NCBI GenBank assembly: GCA_043809315.1
Contig: JAZDDX010000019.1
Coordinates: forward strand, 1-11,890
Direction of reading: 5' to 3'
Origin: Pseudomonadota bacterium
Lineage (GTDB): Bacteria > Bdellovibrionota_G > JALEGL01 > DATDPG01
Length of the DNA: 11,890 bases
Shown: positions 7,612-11,890 of the stretch, one piece after another
Numbering within the stretch: position 1 is the stretch's first letter
Layout of the letters: each line of letters starts with the position of its first letter
Notes under the pieces: model-generated
Databases searched by the model: none
What the model was told of the DNA's origin: nothing
What the model saw: only the letters and a program-made list of their open reading frames with translations
Program-made: the position numbers and the translations under genes

Positions 7612-8841
7612 TTATAACGCGTTCTTGATCGCTTGAAGGAGCGGGTGGCGCTGGCCGGCCGGGGCGGTCGGGAGGTACCCCTCGACCAGGCTCCAGATCA
7701 TGATGCCACCGATGCCGTTGGCCTTCGCCCATTGGGTTTTTTCTGCCATGCTCCGCGCGTCGTCGAACGTGATGTAAAACTTCTGCTCCGCAGAAACTTT
7801 CGCTGTTGCCGAAACCGCCGTCCCGCCGATCCAAGGTGTCTTTGAGGCGTCGTCGAAATGGTACGTCCCGCCGTTTTCGATGTACGAAAGAATGTCGCGA
7901 TACATGATCGGGGCCTGCCAGATGCTCTTGCCGCAGTCGGTTTGTCCGGGGACATCATTCCCGGGCCAGATGTCGCCGTAGAACGGGACCCCCATCCCCA
8001 ATTTCTTGATGTCGGCGCCGTTCGCCCCCCAGTACTTCGCGGTCTTCGAAAGATATCCCGGACCCCCGTCGTAACTGGCGGACCATTCGGCGAGGGCCGG
8101 GTAGGTCGAGTCGGGACGGTAGAGCGGGGCGTTGAACCCGATGATGTTCTGCGGCTTGTCGGTGCACTGCCCAGCCCAGCCGTTGGCGACATAGTCGAAG
8201 GTGTACGCCATGAAGTTCCACTGATCGACGTACTCGTTTGTCACCGCGTAGTTCCAATCGTCGAGGAAGTAGTCGCTGGCGGAGATCGACACGACGATCA
8301 ACCCGTGCGGCGTCGTCTCGGTCCAGCTCTTGAGGCCCGGATCTCCGCCCGTTCCGTTCTCCAGAAGTTCGACCAATTTCGTGAAGGCTTCGGCCGTGAC
8401 GTCGGCTTCCCAATCGATGTCGATTCCGTCGTACCCCGCCGTTCTGGCGTGCGAGAGAAGCGTGTACGCAAACGCTTTGGCCGAGGTGTCGTTGGCCATG
8501 ATCGTCGCGAGGTTGTTGTCGCCGCCGGAATAACCGGTTCCGTCGATTCCGATCAACACCTTGACGCCGGCGGCGTGCGCGAGGCCGATGATCTCCTCCT
8601 CTTTGGTGAGCCGGCTGAAATCGGCGTACGGGGGGGATGTGGTCGGTTCGACAGCAGTCGAGATCAGGTGGGTCAAGGCGCTGAAGTCGATCTCACTCGG
8701 CGGGAGCAGATGATAGGAATATTCCGGGTAGTACCCGGTGACCCAGAAGTCGGAGGAGGGGGTCGATCCGTTCGACGGATCCCCGTTGCTGCAGCCGCAA
8801 ACTGCAAATGTCGCGGCGAGAAAGAACGAATACTTTGTCAT
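7612..8841 (-). CDS. Glycoside hydrolase family 18 (chitinase-like) putative lipoprotein
   Basis: Lipoprotein-like signal MTKYSFFLAATFAVCG-C, a Ser/Pro linker, VTGYYP, IDFSALTHL, catalytic GYDGIDIDWE (DxxDxDxE), KLGMGVPFYG, ITFDDARS..K and GIGGIMIWSL. Start moved from the ORF-track position 8877 to ATG 8841. Confidence 0.9.
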   Translation of the reverse strand: MTKYSFFLAATFAVCGCSNGDPSNGSTPSSDFWVTGYYPEYSYHLLPPSEIDFSALTHLISTAVEPTTSPPYADFSRLTKEEEIIGLAHAAGVKVLIGIDGTGYSGGDNNLATIMANDTSAKAFAYTLLSHARTAGYDGIDIDWEADVTAEAFTKLVELLENGTGGDPGLKSWTETTPHGLIVVSISASDYFLDDWNYAVTNEYVDQWNFMAYTFDYVANGWAGQCTDKPQNIIGFNAPLYRPDSTYPALAEWSASYDGGPGYLSKTAKYWGANGADIKKLGMGVPFYGDIWPGNDVPGQTDCGKSIWQAPIMYRDILSYIENGGTYHFDDASKTPWIGGTAVSATAKVSAEQKFYITFDDARSMAEKTQWAKANGIGGIMIWSLVEGYLPTAPAGQRHPLLQAIKNAL

Positions 8842-8848
8842 GTTTCCT

Positions 8849-8857
8849 AGATTAGCA
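8849..8857 (-). promoter_or_regulatory. Putative extended -10 promoter for a leaderless GH18 transcript
   Basis: Minus strand TGcTAATCT (8857-8849), then 7 nt to the ATG at 8841; no recognisable -35. Confidence 0.4.
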
Positions 8858-8977
8858 AAGTCGGCATCGAAACCCACTCAATGATTTCGGTGGGTTGTGC
8901 GGATTTTTTTAACGTGCCATACAAAATTTTGCGTCCGGTTGGTTCGGGCGTAGCTTGCCGGAAAGACGAGGTGACCG

Positions 8978-9238
8978 ATGGCGACCGAGACGAAGATTGG
9001 GCATGTCAGCCACTATTTCGGGAAGATCCAGGTGGCGGCGATCGAGCTGACCGACGGGGATTTGAGCGTGGGGGAGACGGTCCACTTCAAAGGACACACT
9101 TCGAACTTCACGCAACCGGTCGACTCGATCCAGATCGACAAAGTAAGCGTCCCGAAGGCGGAGAAAGGGAAGGGGATCGCGATTCGCGTGATCGAGCACG
9201 CCCGCGTCGGGGACGAAGTGTTCAAGGTCGTTCCGTAG
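8978..9238 (+). CDS. Small translation-elongation-factor-like beta-barrel protein (EF-Tu domain II / peptidase U32 C-terminal-like)
   Basis: IGHVSHYFGKIQVAAIEL..LSVGETVHFKGHTSNFTQPVDSIQID..V..AEKG..IAI.V...ARVGDEVFKV pattern; SD GAGGTG at 8968-8973; 86 aa. Confidence 0.8.
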   Translation: MATETKIGHVSHYFGKIQVAAIELTDGDLSVGETVHFKGHTSNFTQPVDSIQIDKVSVPKAEKGKGIAIRVIEHARVGDEVFKVVP

Positions 9239-9241
9239 GAC

Positions 9242-10234
9242 TTATTGTTCCTTCAGATACTTTTCGACCGCGGAGAGTGTCTTCTTGAGCTGTGCGATGT
9301 TGACGAGTGCGGTGCCGGGGTTCACGACCGGGCTCGTCGTTACGCCGATCACTAAGCCAGTCAGAGGAGAGGGAACGACGGTCGAGGCGCGTCCCAACGG
9401 GTTCGAGATCCGAGCGACTCGCTCTCCGCGATAGAGGAGTTCCCCCGGTTTCACGTTGAGTTCCAGCAATCCGCCGCGTTCCGCACGGATCCAGGCGGTG
9501 TTCCGGACGATGATTTGAAACGGCCTCTTTGGGGGTTTCTTCTTTTTCTTCCACATCCGACTTCGGTGCAGAAACGTGAAAAGGGAGTTCACCCCAGATC
9601 GGACGATCCATCTTTCGAACGCGTTGGAGGTTCCCCCTTCCCAGGAGATATACGGGATCCCCTTGTCGGTGGCAGCGCGACGGAGCATCCCGGGTTGGCC
9701 CCGATCGGCGATGATCACCGGGACACCGAATAGCTTGGCCATCTTCCGGGCCTGCGCGTTCGCCATGTCGGCGCGGACGTGAGGAAAGTTAGCTCGTCCC
9801 GAAATTGCCGTGTGGAGGTCGATTCCGAAGTCGGCCATCCGGACGACCTCCTCGAAAAAACGATAGGCGATCCGCTGGGCCATGTTCCCTTTGGGGGTAC
9901 CGGGGAAGAAACGGTTCAGGTCTCGGTGATCGGGGAGATACCGGGAGCGGGCGAGGAACCCGAGGATGTTGACGATCGGGATCACGATCAGCGTTCCGGT
10001 CAGACGTTTGGGGGAGATCTTCTCGATCATTTCGCGGAGGATCGCGGTGCCGTTAAGTTCATCGCCGTGGACGGCGGCCGACAGGATCACGCGCGGTCCT
10101 TCGTTGGCTCCGCGGATTACGGTGATCGGAAGGAGGACCGGCCGGGCGTTGGACGCTTCCGTGATCGAAAGGTGGATCTCCCGAAGCTCCCCCGGCTCGA
10201 CCAGCGTTCCTCCCAAGATGAACGTCTTCGCCAT
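9242..10234 (-). CDS. Succinylglutamate desuccinylase/aspartoacylase (AstE/AspA, M14-like Zn hydrolase) family protein
   Basis: AAVHGDELNG (HxxE Zn ligands), PIVNILGF, RDLNRFFPG, GIDLHT, ISWEGG and a C-terminal barrel-sandwich hybrid segment (WIRAERGGL..VKPGELLYRGE..SPLTGLVIG..PVVNPG). Confidence 0.9.
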   Translation of the reverse strand: MAKTFILGGTLVEPGELREIHLSITEASNARPVLLPITVIRGANEGPRVILSAAVHGDELNGTAILREMIEKISPKRLTGTLIVIPIVNILGFLARSRYLPDHRDLNRFFPGTPKGNMAQRIAYRFFEEVVRMADFGIDLHTAISGRANFPHVRADMANAQARKMAKLFGVPVIIADRGQPGMLRRAATDKGIPYISWEGGTSNAFERWIVRSGVNSLFTFLHRSRMWKKKKKPPKRPFQIIVRNTAWIRAERGGLLELNVKPGELLYRGERVARISNPLGRASTVVPSPLTGLVIGVTTSPVVNPGTALVNIAQLKKTLSAVEKYLKEQ

Positions 10235-10239
10235 CGCCC

Positions 10240-10707
10240 CTAGGCTCCTTTGAGTTCCCGAAAGAGTCGAGTGAGGAACGCGTACGCGCGATCGTAAATG
10301 TCGGGGCGGGAACTGGATCGAGGGCCCGCGACGTTGAGGGAGTTCGGGGCGTTGCTCCGGAGGAATTCCATCGTCCTGCGGAAATACTCCTCTTCCGGAC
10401 CGGCGTCGAGGTCGATGACGAGGAGAGGGCGCTTGAAGCGTTTGCAGAGGTGTTCGGTTAAGAGAGTTCCCCCGGTCAGTTCGCCGAACGCGACGATCAG
10501 CGTAGCGTCCGCCTCACGAAGGTTCTTCTCCGTCCGGACGGCGTAATCGGTGGAGTTGGTCTCTTTGCAGGAGTATCGGTTCGAGATTCTTCCGTCCTCC
10601 GCGATGCGACCTTTCGGTACCCATCCAAACTGTTCGAGGCCGCAGGCGATCGCCGCGTCCCACGCCGCCCGGTCGACGCCAGTCTGTCCTCCACTCCAGA
10701 TGATCAT
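10240..10707 (-). CDS. Putative molybdenum carrier family / circularly permuted YpsA-type SLOG protein
   Basis: IWSGGQTGVDRAAWDAA, GWVPKGRIAEDG, YAVRTEKNLREADATL, GGT and LNVAGPR; SD GAGGAG; ATGA overlap with the comF stop. Confidence 0.88.
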   Translation of the reverse strand: MIIWSGGQTGVDRAAWDAAIACGLEQFGWVPKGRIAEDGRISNRYSCKETNSTDYAVRTEKNLREADATLIVAFGELTGGTLLTEHLCKRFKRPLLVIDLDAGPEEEYFRRTMEFLRSNAPNSLNVAGPRSSSRPDIYDRAYAFLTRLFRELKGA

Positions 10708-11408
10708 GAGATCTCCTCGAGAGTTCGTGCGATGGCTAGGAATGTCACCGATGTAGGGTCCGCCGTTTCGAGAGCTCTGGCAACGGCGATCGAAGTAGCA
10801 CCTGTCGTCGTAACATCATCGACAACGAGAATCTTCACGAGCTTAAGGTCGTTTGTTCCCACGCAAAACACTCCCTCAAGATTCTTAAGTCTCTCAATCC
10901 GGCTCAGGGATGTTTGAGGAGGGACATCTTTCATCCTCTGAAGAACGGTTCGGTCAAAGGGAATCCCAAGAACCCGAGCAAGTCGCCGGGCGATAACGCC
11001 AGGTAGATCAATTCCTCGCTCGCGAATCCGCCTCGAACTCCCGGGCACGGCTGTGACGACATCGAATTGAGTGTCCCCCACAGCATCCAACGTCTTCTCG
11101 AGAAGCCGAACGAACGTTCGGAGCGGGAGGGGGTCGGCCGAGAACTTCGCGCGATGGATCAGCTCCCGGAGCGTTCCGCGGAACTCCCCGGCTGAAAGAA
11201 CGCTCAGGGTCTGTGGGGCACCGACCAGCGGGACCGCAGCCGGGTGGAAAAGCTCGTCCCAACAGTGCAGGCAGAGCATTCGCGTGCGGTCGATCTCTTC
11301 GTAGCTCCGGCAGACAAGGCAGCTCGGCGGGAAAACGAGGTCGAGAGCGTCCCCGGCCAAGCGACCGAACTGCTTGAAACAAGGCGAGTTTCTTGACAGT
11401 ATCGGCAC
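10704..11408 (-). CDS. comF: ComF family protein (zinc ribbon + phosphoribosyltransferase-like domain)
   Basis: [50 protein letters not shown] and the PRPP loop [13 protein letters not shown]. Start uncertain (GTG 11408 with an SD-like GGGGGTGA, or TTG 11360). Confidence 0.85.
   Translation of the reverse strand: MPILSRNSPCFKQFGRLAGDALDLVFPPSCLVCRSYEEIDRTRMLCLHCWDELFHPAAVPLVGAPQTLSVLSAGEFRGTLRELIHRAKFSADPLPLRTFVRLLEKTLDAVGDTQFDVVTAVPGSSRRIRERGIDLPGVIARRLARVLGIPFDRTVLQRMKDVPPQTSLSRIERLKNLEGVFCVGTNDLKLVKILVVDDVTTTGATSIAVARALETADPTSVTFLAIARTLEEIS
11374..11402 (+). promoter_or_regulatory. Putative promoter of ileS lying inside the 5' end of the comF ORF
   Basis: TTGAAA (11374-11379), 17-nt spacer ending in TGn, CAGTAT (11397-11402), then 18 nt to the ATG at 11421; no SD. 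Confidence 0.35.
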
Positions 11409-11420
11409 TCTTTCACCCCC

Positions 11421-11890
11421 ATGGACTACAAGAACACGATCGCGCTGCCGAAAACCGATTTCCCGATGAAGGCGAACCTCCCCCAGCGGGAGCCCGTGTT
11501 TCTCGCCCGTTGGGAGAGCGAAAAACTGTACGAGAAGATTCTTGCGAAAAACGTTTCACGTCCGCTCTTCGTCCTCCACGACGGGCCGCCGTACGCCAAC
11601 GGCCACATCCATCTCGGACACGTTCTGAATAAGACGCTCAAGGATATCGTTGTCAAATCGAAAAGCATGAGCGGGTTCCGCTCCCCGTATCTCCCGGGTT
11701 GGGATTGTCACGGCCTTCCGATCGAGCACCAGGTCGTCAAAGAACTCGGCTCGCAGGCGAGGACTCTCTCGAAAGTGGAGCTTCGGAAGAAGTGCCGCGC
11801 CTATGCCGACAAATTTGTAAAGATCCAGAAGGAGGAGTTCAAGCGTCTCGGGATCTTCGGCGAATGGGAGAACTCGTATCTCACGATGAG
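11421..11890 (+). CDS. ileS: Isoleucine--tRNA ligase (bacterial IleRS1 type), 5' part; runs off the right edge
   Basis: Hand translation: [25 protein letters not shown]...[56 protein letters not shown]...RKKCRAYA...[21 protein letters not shown]. Confidence 0.97.
   Translation, partial: MDYKNTIALPKTDFPMKANLPQREPVFLARWESEKLYEKILAKNVSRPLFVLHDGPPYANGHIHLGHVLNKTLKDIVVKSKSMSGFRSPYLPGWDCHGLPIEHQVVKELGSQARTLSKVELRKKCRAYADKFVKIQKEEFKRLGIFGEWENSYLTM

Noticed and set aside
8899-8919. Sigma54 promoter from TGGCACG on the minus strand
   Set aside because: No TTGC at the required -12 spacing; an A run occupies that position.
8922-8960. c-di-GMP-I riboswitch-like words GGCAAG...GACGCAAAA on the minus strand upstream of the GH18 gene
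   Set aside because: The sequence between them (CTACGCCCGAACCAACCG) cannot form the required stem with a GNRA loop, and no P3-like arm follows. An Infernal search would settle it.
11393-11398. Perfect TTGACA as the -35 for ileS
   Set aside because: The position 16-18 nt downstream is a C run and the start codon, with no -10-like hexamer.
1-11890. CRISPR array, tRNA/rRNA, IS element or Rho-independent terminators
   Set aside because: No regularly spaced repeats, cloverleaf-like sequence or transposase motifs were seen. Intergenic gaps are at most about 136 nt, and no GC stem followed by a U tract lies after any stop codon, including the two convergent junctions.

Overview
GC-rich (about 60% by eye), gene-dense bacterial chromosomal window with no sign of a mobile element, CRISPR array or RNA gene. 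Left to right: a truncated gene starting with a degenerate receiver-like domain (minus strand, absent from the ORF track), dusB, a PaaI/hotdog thioesterase, an amidase-signature enzyme, a 1417-aa fused double-activase/DUF2229/dehydratase-like Fe-S protein, a GH18 lipoprotein, a small EF-Tu domain II-like barrel protein, a comF-SLOG(cpYpsA)-AstE/AspA(M14) operon, and the 5' end of ileS. Main points: (1) the 1417-aa protein has the architecture of the oxygen-independent plasmalogen/ether-lipid synthases (fused PlsA-PlsR/Ger); (2) six genes that probably head transcripts have a sigma70-like promoter only 7-18 nt upstream of an SD-less ATG, suggesting leaderless or short-leader translation; (3) the 3' half of comF has sharply different codon composition and is coupled to a SLOG gene; (4) the GH18 has non-canonical active-site motifs. 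All calls come from motif recognition by eye, with no database searches.
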